Shown: positions 1 through 9,983 of the stretch, piece by piece
Layout: each line of letters opens with the position of its first letter
Position numbering within the stretch: position 1 is the first letter of the stretch
NCBI GenBank assembly: GCA_963932905.1
Contig: CAWVRN010000005.1
Span: 64,001 to 128,000 of the forward strand
DNA length: 64,000 nucleotides
Source: an uncultured Bdellovibrio sp.
GTDB lineage: Bacteria; Bdellovibrionota; Bdellovibrionia; Bdellovibrionales; Bdellovibrionaceae
Direction of reading: 5' to 3'
Notes under the pieces: generated by a model
The model's database searches: none
What the model saw: only the letters and a program-made list of their open reading frames with translations
Told to the model about the DNA's origin: nothing
Program-made: the position numbers and the translations under genes

Positions 1-1439
1 AATGGGTCCAAGTTTTCTCGCAGAGTTCCTTGAAACAAAACGGGGTCTTGAGAAATGTAGGAATAATTGAAGCGGTAAGATGTCAAATCGATATCCACAA
101 TAGGCTCTTTGCCATTAATGAGGATGCGGCCTTTTTCATACGGGTAGAGCATAAACAGTGACTGAATCAAACTCGTTTTCCCCGAACCTGTTCGACCAAT
201 AATACCGATCTTTTCGCCAAAATGAATTTTCAGTGAAATGCCTTTTAGAATCCATGGTAAATCGGGTGAATAGCGAAACCACAAATTTTCTAGTGTCAGG
301 TCGCCCGTACCACGGGCGCTTGTTTTTGATTGAGGGGCACTGAGTTTCGATAGCAATTCGGGAGAACGAATCAGTTCAGGCAGCTGAGCCAAGTAGTCTT
401 TATTTTGCCCATATTCCAAATCCTTGTTTAAATACTGGGACAGGCGCTCAACTCCGATGATGCCTTCTTCTAATTGGGCTAGCCATTCAAAGAACATCTG
501 AATGGTATTACCAGAATATACGATCAAGCCAAACGATGCACCAATAGCCCCCGCTGATATTTTGCCGTCTTTGATCAAGTAAAATGACATGACACCGACA
601 AGCAATAGCAGCAGGCTGCTTAAAGTGTTCATTTGAAAAGAAAACTTCATGATCTCGATATTTGTTTTTAGTCTTTGGTTCACATAGAACGTATCCAAGA
701 AATCGAAACGATCACGAAAAGATTTAGAGCGCCCGCTAATTTTAATTGTTGTGGCGCCTTGAGTGCTTTCCGCAAAGTGAGAAATAGATGGCGAACGGCT
801 AGCCGACAAAGCCCTGCGTTCCGTACGAAGCTTGTGTATATTTTTCTTATAAATGAATAGATTTAAAAATATAATCATCGTCAGCGGAATTGCAAAATAG
901 TAACTAGACGCCACGATCAGTATCAGAATACATACAAGGTCAAAAATGATCGAAAGAAATTCAGCCAGTGGCCCGCCAAATAATCTAAAAACAGTTCCGT
1001 AGTCAGATGAAAAACGCGTGATAATTCGACCTGCGGGATTTTCGTCAAAGAAACGAATTGGAAAACGAGATGTTTTGAATGTTACCCAGTCATAGATTGA
1101 TGATACCGCATAGGCAGAATATCTTGAAAACAGAATGCGGAAAAACAAGGTAAACCCAAAACCGAGCGCGCACATGATTGAAAGCAAAATCAAGTAGTCG
1201 TTGTGTCCCCAATTCGCAAACATCGTGTGTTGAGTACACTGGGCCGGCGCTTTACATAGTGAATCTACCCAATAGCCAATGATATTTGCCTGACCTAAAA
1301 TTAAAATACGGCCTGCCAATCCCAAGAACAATGCAAAGAAAAGAGCCGTGCGATAAGGCCGATAGGCTTTGGACAACGTATCGTAGACGGCACTAGAAAA
1401 CTGTTTATTCGATGATTCTGATTTCTCTTCGAATTTCAC
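1..1439 (-). CDS. ABC exporter half (TMD+NBD), MRP/ABCC C-terminal-half-like; runs off window start
   Basis: Not in the ORF track; hand-translated. GTG at 1439 overlaps the upstream TGA. Frame gives FFDENPAGRIITRFSSD, RSPSISHFAESTQGAT, Walker A GRTGSGKTS and ISQDPVLFQGTLRENLDP. Confidence 0.9.
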   Translation of the reverse strand, partial: MKFEEKSESSNKQFSSAVYDTLSKAYRPYRTALFFALFLGLAGRILILGQANIIGYWVDSLCKAPAQCTQHTMFANWGHNDYLILLSIMCALGFGFTLFFRILFSRYSAYAVSSIYDWVTFKTSRFPIRFFDENPAGRIITRFSSDYGTVFRLFGGPLAEFLSIIFDLVCILILIVASSYYFAIPLTMIIFLNLFIYKKNIHKLRTERRALSASRSPSISHFAESTQGATTIKISGRSKSFRDRFDFLDTFYVNQRLKTNIEIMKFSFQMNTLSSLLLLLVGVMSFYLIKDGKISAGAIGASFGLIVYSGNTIQMFFEWLAQLEEGIIGVERLSQYLNKDLEYGQNKDYLAQLPELIRSPELLSKLSAPQSKTSARGTGDLTLENLWFRYSPDLPWILKGISLKIHFGEKIGIIGRTGSGKTSLIQSLFMLYPYEKGRILINGKEPIVDIDLTSYRFNYSYISQDPVLFQGTLRENLDP

Positions 1440-3226
1440 GTTGTTTCTCCGTTCTCTTTTTCCACAAAGTCGGGTGATGTGGTTTCTGCAAGTTGATTAC
1501 AGAATAGTCGAAAGTCAGCGTCCTTATTGATTAGATCAGAATAAGAGCCCGATATTTTAATACTGCCATTTTTCATAAAGTGAATAATATCGGCAGCAAT
1601 AAGCAAATTAAGTCGATGGGTCGTCATAATCACGGTTTTGTTTTTCCAAGCACCGTTCACAAGATGAGTAAATATTAGATGTTCGGTTTCTGAATCCAGC
1701 GCACTAAATGAATCATCTAGCACCACGATGTCACGATCGTCGAAAGCCGCTCGGGCGATATTAATGCGTTGCTTTTGTCCTCCAGATAAATTCACACCAC
1801 GTTCACCGAATTCAGTATCTAGGCCATTCTCAAGGACGGACATGTCCTTTTTGAACTGAGCATGGAAGATAGCTTCGGTTACTTTATGATCCCGATCTTT
1901 GGGAGAATCGTACTGCAAGAAAATATTGTCGCGCAGGGTGGTGGATACAATTAGGCCTTCCTGAGGTACATAGCCAAATACGTTTCTAAAGCTAGATGTA
2001 TCTTTTGAAAGCAAATTTTGATTAATAACGTAACGATCCCACTCGCAATTGGTTTCGCCTAGTAAGGACAATAGAAGCATACTTTTGCCGCTGCCTACTT
2101 CGCCGACTATCATCGCGTGTTGTCCCTTGGCAATCTTTAAAGACTCTACACTAAGGATCTCTTGATCTTGGATTGAAAGTTTCAAGTTCTTGATTTCTAG
2201 AATGTTTTTGGAAGCGATTGGCTTTAGTTCGGCTTCGCGTAGGTCAAATTTGTTTTTTGCGGAAAGAAATGTTTCAATTCGGGCAATACTGGTTGCCGCA
2301 TCGAACGCGAACGTGAAAAACCATGGCATTTGACGAAAAGGACGAGTTAAGAAAACACCAAGAATCCATAGAAGCGCGAATATTTCACCTGGGCTAAGTT
2401 CACGCTTGTAGTACAAAACCAACAGACCGAGGGTCACGATGTTTACGATAAATGTGAACGATGAAGAAATGGAGTTCATCATTTGGCCATTCGTTACCAT
2501 CTTGACTCGATTTCGAGTTTCGACTTCGCGTTTGTCGATAATTTTTTGCTCAATAATTTCAACCCAGCCTAAAATTCTGAGCGTGCGGATATTCTGAATC
2601 CACTCGTTTACAAAACCTAAACGTTCAGCTGCCAATGTTTTAAACCGGTAGAAAAATTTAGATTGCCGAAAAGCCAAACCGGTATTTAAGACAGTTATCC
2701 CGACCACCACGACCAGTGTGAAGAAAATCGGTGTATCGAAAAAATTAACCAGCACGAATGGCGTGATTAACAGAGGAAAGAATGTCGATGAACCGGACGG
2801 TAACGTTTGATCTAGATAGACGGTGGCACCAGACACATCTGTGGCATACAACGAAACTATTTCGCCAAGAGGGCGTTTTGTCATCGTATCTAATTTTAAC
2901 GACAGCATTTTGTCATAAATTTTTTCGCCGATTTGTTTTTGCATAAAAAGAGCTTCTTTTACGCCAATGTAGTTAGTCAGCTGATTCAATAGTTGGCTTA
3001 AAACTAGAAAAAATACAGCGAGGAACAAATAGGGAAGTGGGCTGTCGAACTTCAAAAAGCTTGGTAGATAACTATGATCGTACATCACCGAATCAATAAA
3101 ACTTTTTTGAAAATAGGGTGATAAAATCCCTAGAAAAGCCGCTACCAGAGAAGTGCCTAGAATCAATAGGCGATAAGGCAATCTATTTAACAAAACATAT
3201 TTAGTTAAAGATTTATACTCGCGCAT
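1436..3226 (-). CDS. ABC exporter half (TMD+NBD), MRP/ABCC N-terminal-half-like
   Basis: Multiple TM segments, Walker A GEVGSGKS, signature LSGGQKQR, Walker B IVVLDD. Confidence 0.92.
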   Translation of the reverse strand: MREYKSLTKYVLLNRLPYRLLILGTSLVAAFLGILSPYFQKSFIDSVMYDHSYLPSFLKFDSPLPYLFLAVFFLVLSQLLNQLTNYIGVKEALFMQKQIGEKIYDKMLSLKLDTMTKRPLGEIVSLYATDVSGATVYLDQTLPSGSSTFFPLLITPFVLVNFFDTPIFFTLVVVVGITVLNTGLAFRQSKFFYRFKTLAAERLGFVNEWIQNIRTLRILGWVEIIEQKIIDKREVETRNRVKMVTNGQMMNSISSSFTFIVNIVTLGLLVLYYKRELSPGEIFALLWILGVFLTRPFRQMPWFFTFAFDAATSIARIETFLSAKNKFDLREAELKPIASKNILEIKNLKLSIQDQEILSVESLKIAKGQHAMIVGEVGSGKSMLLLSLLGETNCEWDRYVINQNLLSKDTSSFRNVFGYVPQEGLIVSTTLRDNIFLQYDSPKDRDHKVTEAIFHAQFKKDMSVLENGLDTEFGERGVNLSGGQKQRINIARAAFDDRDIVVLDDSFSALDSETEHLIFTHLVNGAWKNKTVIMTTHRLNLLIAADIIHFMKNGSIKISGSYSDLINKDADFRLFCNQLAETTSPDFVEKENGETT

Positions 3227-3863
3227 GACGTCTTAACCAGCCCGTTAATGTGTAGCGAGGTTTCATGGCTGTCAAAACCTCGTGGTGAAAAAGGTCACTT
3301 CGAAATAATACAAAAGTTCCACCGCGCGGCTCGATTTGTTTTAATTTTTTATCCGGATGGTTGGGTTCGTAAAGAACAAGTTCGCCCCCATCGCCGGGCT
3401 GCCAATTCGGATTTAAATAGAAAATAAATGTAAACAAACGAGGGCTGAGGCCACTAGGATTGTCGATATGTTTTCCATATTTGCCTCCCGCCGGGTAGAT
3501 GGAAAAGTGAGCCTCAATATCATCGACAGGCATTCGAAAATAACGTTTTAATTCTTCGCGCGCATCATTTAACCAGATGCCGATATTTTGAGTCTCGTCA
3601 GCAAAATCGTGCAGCCAGAAAATTTTATCTGAACGAATTTCTAAATTTTTAATTTCGTGTCCTTGTTTACCGATCGTAGATTCGCGAAATTGATTTTCAG
3701 CATTCAGTTTTTCAACGTGATTTTTCCAGTACGAAACACTGTCACTGTCAAGAAATGCATCCTTCGTGTAGAATCCTGACTCTTCAACCTGTACCATAAT
3801 TTCTGTCAGCCTATCGTTTGATAACTTGTGGCAGAAATGTGGCCAATTTAGAGCGGGGGACAT
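3213..3863 (-). CDS. 2OG-Fe(II) oxygenase, prolyl-4-hydroxylase/EGL-9-like
   Basis: IRSDKIFWL, HxD (KHIDN), YLNPNW..GDGGEL, distal HEV and RYTLTGW. Confidence 0.88.
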   Translation of the reverse strand: MSPALNWPHFCHKLSNDRLTEIMVQVEESGFYTKDAFLDSDSVSYWKNHVEKLNAENQFRESTIGKQGHEIKNLEIRSDKIFWLHDFADETQNIGIWLNDAREELKRYFRMPVDDIEAHFSIYPAGGKYGKHIDNPSGLSPRLFTFIFYLNPNWQPGDGGELVLYEPNHPDKKLKQIEPRGGTFVLFRSDLFHHEVLTAMKPRYTLTGWLRRHARV

Positions 3864-3912
3864 GATAAATATCTTTCACTTAAGAGGTTGAAGGACTATA
3901 ATAGCAATAAAA

Positions 3913-5349
3913 ATGAACAGAAGAAAGTTTTTAAAAAATAGTGTGAATTCGGCAAAGGCTCTGGGCCTGCTTAGCGTGACTGGTTGCGCCGCGCTTGATC
4001 GCTATTTTGAAATCGAAAAGTCAGATTATTCTAAAGAGGTCCTTATCTTTGGTGGTGGTGTGTCTGGGTTAAGCGCTGCCTATTTTTTAAAAAGGAATGG
4101 AGTCCCTTACCGCGTATTTGAGGGGTCTAGTCGCATGGGCGGACGTATACTGTCTCAAAGATTTCCCGCTCCTGTCACCAGTATCGATCTGGGGGCTCGT
4201 TATGTCGATTCCATGGACCAGGACGCTATTGAACTCATCAAGGAAATGAATGTCGATTTGGAAGAGGCACCCATTCGTAAGAATTCGTATTTCTTCTGTA
4301 TGAACAAAGACGTCATGTCATATAAATCCATCCTTGCCGCCTATTCACCCACAATTAAAGCTTGGAACAAAGAATTGGCGCGTATTCGAAAACTAACTGA
4401 TCAGTTGACGGATGAGCCATACAGCGAAGAGATCGCCCATGGGTTAGCGGCCTATGACAAGATTTCGTTTTCTGACATCGTGAACGATTCCAAATTAGAT
4501 TTTAAAGGTAGATCGATTTTTAAGAGCTGGGCTGAAATGCATTTTCAAAAGAAAGCGACCGAAATATCGTTTCTCGAATGGCTTTTCCATTTTGAAAAAC
4601 TAACTTTATCTAGCAAGAAAATGTATTTACCAAACGGAATGACTCAATTCGTAGATATTCTAAGTCAAAGAGTGAGTGGTGTGATACCAAACTACAGTAT
4701 GCAACAAGATTCTAAGTTGGTCGAAATTAGTCGTCAGAAAGAACGTTGGGTTTGTCATATTCAAACAAAAGAAGGTTTGAAAAAACTAAGTTCACCGTTC
4801 GTAATTTTGGCGCTGCCATTTAATCAGATCAAGTATATCAAAGGCATTGATCAAATATTTACGAACAAAGATTTTAAAAAGGCGATTCATCAAGCTCAAT
4901 TCAAATCTAGTTATCGTCTTGTTTACAAGACAACTCAGAAATCAGCGAAAGAAAATGGCGAATACTATTTCTTCGAAACAAATCGTTTTAAAGTGACGAA
5001 GGAAGATCACGTTTTCACTATCGATTTAGAAGGGCCTATTGAGGCGGCAGACACCGGGATCATGAAATCCCAAATGGCTTCTGTTTTTGGTTTAAAGGAT
5101 TTTGACGAAATTAATTTTTACTCTTGGACACAGCATCCGCAAGTTAATGGCAGCGAATTGAAGTTAGACTCAAGTTCGCTGCTGTCGATTAAAAAAGCAT
5201 ACCTAGAAAACTGGGATCGTATGAGTTTACAATTAGTCGGTGACTATCTTATTTCACCCGAAGGAGCGAGTCTAAACGACTGCATAAAAACGGCTCGTAG
5301 AGCGTCTAAGAGTCTGATGACTCAGGTCCTTGAAAAAGATTGGACTTAG
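3913..5349 (+). CDS. Flavin-dependent amine-oxidase-family oxidoreductase, probable Tat-exported lipoprotein
   Basis: RRKFLK twin-arginine motif, lipobox-like VTGC, dinucleotide motif GGGVSGLSAA, RMGGRI..DLGA, C-terminal VGDY. Confidence 0.8.
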   Translation: MNRRKFLKNSVNSAKALGLLSVTGCAALDRYFEIEKSDYSKEVLIFGGGVSGLSAAYFLKRNGVPYRVFEGSSRMGGRILSQRFPAPVTSIDLGARYVDSMDQDAIELIKEMNVDLEEAPIRKNSYFFCMNKDVMSYKSILAAYSPTIKAWNKELARIRKLTDQLTDEPYSEEIAHGLAAYDKISFSDIVNDSKLDFKGRSIFKSWAEMHFQKKATEISFLEWLFHFEKLTLSSKKMYLPNGMTQFVDILSQRVSGVIPNYSMQQDSKLVEISRQKERWVCHIQTKEGLKKLSSPFVILALPFNQIKYIKGIDQIFTNKDFKKAIHQAQFKSSYRLVYKTTQKSAKENGEYYFFETNRFKVTKEDHVFTIDLEGPIEAADTGIMKSQMASVFGLKDFDEINFYSWTQHPQVNGSELKLDSSSLLSIKKAYLENWDRMSLQLVGDYLISPEGASLNDCIKTARRASKSLMTQVLEKDWT

Positions 5350-5822
5350 TGGCCTCGGGACGCAGCGCCGCTTGATTTCATTTTTTTATATTCGTCTTTT
5401 AATTGTTTCATTTCATATTCAAGAATACGGATTTTATATTCGGCTTGATCCAGTTTTGAATTTAGGATCAAAAGATCGCGTCGATTCATGTCACGCAATG
5501 TAGGCATTTTTTCTTTTTCTGTGTTTTTTGATGGAGTCACGATGTCTTCCATCGACGGATCTAGTTTTTTAAGTTCAGTATACAAGGTTTCCCGGCTCAT
5601 GATGAGCGAACCTTTGTTAAATGCATTTTCCAGATTTCCATTCTCGGCTTTCATAGCGACGCTGACGGCGTATGCTTTTTGAGCGCTTTGAATTAACTCC
5701 TGCGTTTCCGAGTAAGACGGTGGAAATTTCTTTTGGATGATACTTATGCCGATCACAATTAAAATCACTACAACAGCGACAGTTTTAAATATGCTTAAAA
5801 GCAAATTTGCGATGAATTTCAT
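5346..5822 (-). CDS. Hypothetical membrane-anchored protein with C-terminal coiled coil
   Basis: 158-aa ORF, GGAG SD, N-terminal hydrophobic segment. Confidence 0.65.
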   Translation of the reverse strand: MKFIANLLLSIFKTVAVVVILIVIGISIIQKKFPPSYSETQELIQSAQKAYAVSVAMKAENGNLENAFNKGSLIMSRETLYTELKKLDPSMEDIVTPSKNTEKEKMPTLRDMNRRDLLILNSKLDQAEYKIRILEYEMKQLKDEYKKMKSSGAASRGH

Positions 5823-5948
5823 TCAGTCTCCACTCAAACTCATTTGCCATAGCGAATATATTCAATATTGAGTTTATAGATATGTAAACTATTCAGATCA
5901 AAATGAAAAATACTTTGATCTGTTACCGTTAGACTATACAACACAGAA

Positions 5949-6581
5949 ATGAATATCAAAAAAGAAATTTTAAGCCACGTCCTGCCGTCACCTCATCAAG
6001 AAGATTCTGAGTTTAGTTCTGAAGAGAAAGTAGAAAAAATCAAAGCTCATTTCACTGAAATTATGAAAATACTTGGCCTTGATCTATCAGACGATAGTTT
6101 GAAAGATACACCTAAACGTGTGGCTAAAATGTACGTGAATGAAATTTTCAAAGGATTAAACACAGCAAACTTTCCTAAGATCACAACGATCGAAAATAAA
6201 ATGCAGTATGATCAAATGATTGCGGTAAAAAACGTCGACTTAATTTCATACTGCGAGCACCACTTTCAAACAATTCAAGGTCATGCGACGATTGCGTATA
6301 TCCCCAGCAAAAAAGTCATCGGGTTATCTAAAATCAACCGTATCGTTGATTTTTTCTCTCGCCGTCCTCAAGTCCAAGAACGCCTGACTAAACAAATCGC
6401 AGATTGCTTAGAGTACGTGTTGGAAACGCCAAATGTAGCTGTGTATATCAATGCGAAACATTTCTGCGTGATTGCACGCGGGATTGAAGATGCGAATTCT
6501 ACTACGATCACAACCGATTTGCGTGGCGATTTTAAAACTCGCGCCGAAACCAGAAAAGAATTCCTACAGAATTGTAACTAG
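5949..6581 (+). CDS. folE: GTP cyclohydrolase I
   Basis: [41 protein letters not shown]. Confidence 0.96.
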   Translation: MNIKKEILSHVLPSPHQEDSEFSSEEKVEKIKAHFTEIMKILGLDLSDDSLKDTPKRVAKMYVNEIFKGLNTANFPKITTIENKMQYDQMIAVKNVDLISYCEHHFQTIQGHATIAYIPSKKVIGLSKINRIVDFFSRRPQVQERLTKQIADCLEYVLETPNVAVYINAKHFCVIARGIEDANSTTITTDLRGDFKTRAETRKEFLQNCN

Positions 6582-6602
6582 AAAACCACTTTGAAAAATG
6601 GC

Positions 6603-6633
6603 AAAAAAAAAGCTACGCATTTCTGCGTAGCTT
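6603..6633. terminator. Intrinsic terminator between convergent folE and small secreted protein gene
   Basis: Stem AAGCTACGCA-TTTC-TGCGTAGCTT; the preceding A-run gives the U-tail on the minus strand. Confidence 0.75.
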
Positions 6634-6663
6634 CTAAGCTCTTCCTTAGGGAAGAAAACAAAA

Positions 6664-6888
6664 CTATTGTTTTGCAGCTTCTTCAGATTTAGCTTTAGCT
6701 TTTTTGCTTTTTTTAGCTTTCTTTTCAGCTTTTTTCTCAGCGTGATCAGCACCGTGAGCAGCATCTTTAGGAGCTTCAACTTTAGGTTGTTCAGTTGGAG
6801 CAGCAGCAGCAGCAGCTGGAGCTGCAGTGTCGTTAGCGAAAGCTACAGTAGCCATAACAGATACTAAACCGATTAATAATGATTTCAT
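6664..6888 (-). CDS. Small secreted Ala/Lys/Glu-rich disordered protein (Asr-like composition)
   Basis: AAGGAG SD, signal peptide ending AFA, low-complexity basic tail. Confidence 0.75.
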   Translation of the reverse strand: MKSLLIGLVSVMATVAFANDTAAPAAAAAAPTEQPKVEAPKDAAHGADHAEKKAEKKAKKSKKAKAKSEEAAKQ

Positions 6889-6978
6889 AAGATCTCCTTA
6901 TATATAAAGTCCTTAATTAGACTCTTTGTTGATGGATTTAGAATACGGCATCTCATTAAAGACCATATTAAAACCAAA

Positions 6979-8454
6979 TTAATTATTTTTAATCTTGAAT
7001 TGAAACTGGGCACCTTTAGGGTCCAGGTTGTTGAATTCTATAGCGGATTTATGAAGATCGCTTATTTTTTTGACAATGGCCAGACCTAATCCATAACCCG
7101 ACATCTGGCTCATTTCTGGAGCTCGACTAAAACGTTCAAATAAGATAGGCGCCATTGTGCTTGATATACCAGGTCCTTCATCTGCCACCGTAACAATAGA
7201 GTAATCATCCTCCCAAATCAGATCGATACGAATCTGACTATTAGGTGGAGAGTACTTGATCGCGTTTTCTACCAAGTTGTAAAACAGATGTCTGAGTAGA
7301 TCAGGATCGCCAATAACTTTAGGGCTGGCGTGATCATTGTCGATAATGTTGAAAACGATCTTCTGTTGTAGAGACTGTGCTCGTTTTTGCAAATTTGAAA
7401 CAACTTTTAAGATTATTTCTTCCAAGTGAATACCCGAGAAAAGCTTAACATGCAATCCGGCATCTAGGCGGGCGAGTAACAACATATCTTTGATAATATC
7501 TATCAAATGATTCACTTCTGTTTCTTGGCTTAGTAAAAATGCTTTAGATTCACTATCGAGTTGTTGTTGACTCAAACGTGCTTCCAGCGATGACTTTAAG
7601 ATAGTCAGTGGGGACAATAGTTGATGAGATGCATCGGCAACGAAACGTTCCTGGCTTTGAAATGATTTTTCAATACGATCTAGCATCTGATTCATAGTTA
7701 GCGCTAGTTGCCGAAATTCATCGCGAACGGGGCTTACGGGAACGCGTTCCGACAAAACATTGGCGCGAATTCCGTGAGTTTTGGTGATGATTTCTCGCAC
7801 GGGAATAAGGGCGCGGCCGGACAAAAAATATCCAAGTAGCATCGAAATTAAGATAGCTAGTGGAATGCCAAATTGAATGACTTGAAGTCGATTATCAATT
7901 TGAGTTTCTAAAAGCGTACGAGGTGCTAGAACTTGCAAAAAATGCTGTGGGTTTTGATTTTCAATGGGAAATGTAATTAATCGATAAGAATCTGATTCCG
8001 AATCGGGAAGTTTGCCAATGTCATAGATAGTTTTAAAAGTGACGTCGGTACCAGTTTTAATTTTTTCAAGCTGGTCTTCAAAAGGGGGTAGATAATTTCC
8101 TAAATTTCCAAACTGACTCAGAATCTTGCCATCCCGGTTTCTAAGTAGGATACGAGTGGTGCCCAGTGAAAACGGCAGGATTTTTTGTTGGTCTAATTCG
8201 ATGCTGCCCACGTTGATAGGTCCATGGCTGATTTGGTTTTCAATCGATTCACTGATGTCGATGCAGTAGTTGTACAACGCATCGTCGAAGTCCCGTTTGA
8301 GGGCGTCTATGGAATAATCAAAAACTAACAAGTTGAACGATATTGTTGTGACGCCGAATATGAGGGCGAATATCAACGTCAGACGGACGCGAAAATTCAT
8401 AAAAATAAAAATTCGGCGGAAAATATTATTTAGCCTGCCGATGAGGTATTTCAA
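6979..8454 (-). CDS. Sensor histidine kinase (CusS/CzcS-like, HAMP-HisKA-HATPase)
   Basis: Two TM segments, FVADASHQLLSPL H-box, NLVENAIKY, DEGPGI, GYGLGLAIV. Confidence 0.92.
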   Translation of the reverse strand: MKYLIGRLNNIFRRIFIFMNFRVRLTLIFALIFGVTTISFNLLVFDYSIDALKRDFDDALYNYCIDISESIENQISHGPINVGSIELDQQKILPFSLGTTRILLRNRDGKILSQFGNLGNYLPPFEDQLEKIKTGTDVTFKTIYDIGKLPDSESDSYRLITFPIENQNPQHFLQVLAPRTLLETQIDNRLQVIQFGIPLAILISMLLGYFLSGRALIPVREIITKTHGIRANVLSERVPVSPVRDEFRQLALTMNQMLDRIEKSFQSQERFVADASHQLLSPLTILKSSLEARLSQQQLDSESKAFLLSQETEVNHLIDIIKDMLLLARLDAGLHVKLFSGIHLEEIILKVVSNLQKRAQSLQQKIVFNIIDNDHASPKVIGDPDLLRHLFYNLVENAIKYSPPNSQIRIDLIWEDDYSIVTVADEGPGISSTMAPILFERFSRAPEMSQMSGYGLGLAIVKKISDLHKSAIEFNNLDPKGAQFQFKIKNN

Positions 8455-9152
8455 TGGGACGTCTCGCCGGAATCTTCGCTTTTCATCACGTAGCCAACAC
8501 CGATCACCGTATGAATTAATTTTGTTTCAAACGGAGCATCGATCTTCTTTCTAAGCATGTTAACGTAGACATCAATAACATTACTTTCGGAATCAAAATG
8601 GACATCCCAAACATGTTCAGCAATGGATGTGCGGCCAAGCGGCCGATTTGGATTTCGCATAAAATATTCTAATAATGAAAATTCTTTTAAAGTCAGCACG
8701 ATTTCTTTTTGAGCGCGATGAACTTTACGTAAAACTAAATCCATTTCTAAGTCGGCAAAATTTAACTTAGTATTCAAAACCTGTGTCGTCGATGTTTGAC
8801 GGCGTAAAAGTGCGCGAACTCGCGCTAGTAATTCTTCAAAAGAATAAGGCTTGGTCATATAATCATCAGCACCAGAATCTAGGCCCGCTATTTTATCTTT
8901 GGTGCTAGAAAGTGCTGTTAGCATCAGAATGGGGGCATTTAAACCATCGCGGCGCAAATGACGAGCGGTATCGATGCCACTTTGATCGGGCAAACCGACA
9001 TCTAGAATGACCAAGTCATATTCCGACGAACTGCAATAGGATTCCGCAGATAGGCCAGATTCTGCCACATCGACAGAGTAACCTGATTCGGTCAGTCCTT
9101 TTTTTAAGAATTGAGCCATTTTAGCTTGGTCTTCGACAACTAGGATACGCAT
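8451..9152 (-). CDS. OmpR-family response regulator (CusR/CzcR-like)
   Basis: RILVVED, ILDVGLP, GADDYMTKP, SNVIDVYVNMLRKKID, IHTVIGVGY. Confidence 0.95.
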   Translation of the reverse strand: MRILVVEDQAKMAQFLKKGLTESGYSVDVAESGLSAESYCSSSEYDLVILDVGLPDQSGIDTARHLRRDGLNAPILMLTALSSTKDKIAGLDSGADDYMTKPYSFEELLARVRALLRRQTSTTQVLNTKLNFADLEMDLVLRKVHRAQKEIVLTLKEFSLLEYFMRNPNRPLGRTSIAEHVWDVHFDSESNVIDVYVNMLRKKIDAPFETKLIHTVIGVGYVMKSEDSGETSH

Positions 9153-9595
9153 TATTTTTTGAGGATATCATCCAAAACAGAATCTATGTCACTTTTTTTC
9201 TTTTCGGCGGCTTTGATTTCAACCAATTCGACGCCAGTGATGACGTCTTCGCTGATTTTGACAGTGACGTTTTGATTTTTGTTTTTCTGACTTTTAATTA
9301 ACTTTTCTTTGAAGGCACCTAAATTTGGATCGTCTTTTAAAATGTACGGGCCTTTGTTCTTACCATCGAAAAAGACTTCGATCGTGTCCGTCTCGCGTAT
9401 TAAATTCACGTGGCCACTGAAGGATTTAACCGAGTCTTCTTTTTCGTAGATGTCGGCACTCATTGTTTGTGATTTTTTAGGGGGTGTGGGATCAGAGCCA
9501 CCTTCTTGTGCATTCACAGCATTCACGGAAGAAACCGAAACGATAAAAAACACTGAAGTCAGCAGTCGTCTCAAAATGACACTTGATGCGAACAT
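9152..9595 (-). CDS. Hypothetical secreted protein, translationally coupled to the response regulator
   Basis: Signal peptide-like N-terminus; stop overlaps next ATG (TAATG). Confidence 0.65.
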   Translation of the reverse strand: MFASSVILRRLLTSVFFIVSVSSVNAVNAQEGGSDPTPPKKSQTMSADIYEKEDSVKSFSGHVNLIRETDTIEVFFDGKNKGPYILKDDPNLGAFKEKLIKSQKNKNQNVTVKISEDVITGVELVEIKAAEKKKSDIDSVLDDILKK

Positions 9596-9722
9596 ATTTC
9601 CCCCTAAACCAGTACCCTAGAGTGTATAACAATACCTTTGGTATAAAAAGTAATATTTGAAGAGAGCCGAAACATACTATAGACTATAGGTAATTAAAAC
9701 TTAAGACGTTTTAGAGGTTGTT

Positions 9723-9977
9723 ATGAATTTAGGATGGACAGAAATTCTTTTAATTGGTGGTATTGCGTTGTTAATGTTTGGTCCGTCGCGCTTGCCAGGT
9801 TTAGGAAAATCATTAGGTGAAGCGATTCGCGGGTTTAAAAAGGGTCTTAACGAAGACGAAATCCAAGCTAACGCGCGACCTGTAAATGATCAAATTCCAT
9901 TTGATGGAAAAAACCAGTCAAATCAGACGGAAAACAAATCAAATACCTCGACACAGAATGAAAAAACTCATACTTAG
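9723..9977 (+). CDS. tatA: Twin-arginine translocase subunit TatA/E
   Basis: GWTEILLI..LLMFGPSRLPGLGKSLGEAIRGFKK. Confidence 0.93.
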   Translation: MNLGWTEILLIGGIALLMFGPSRLPGLGKSLGEAIRGFKKGLNEDEIQANARPVNDQIPFDGKNQSNQTENKSNTSTQNEKTHT

Positions 9978-9983
9978 TAGGGG

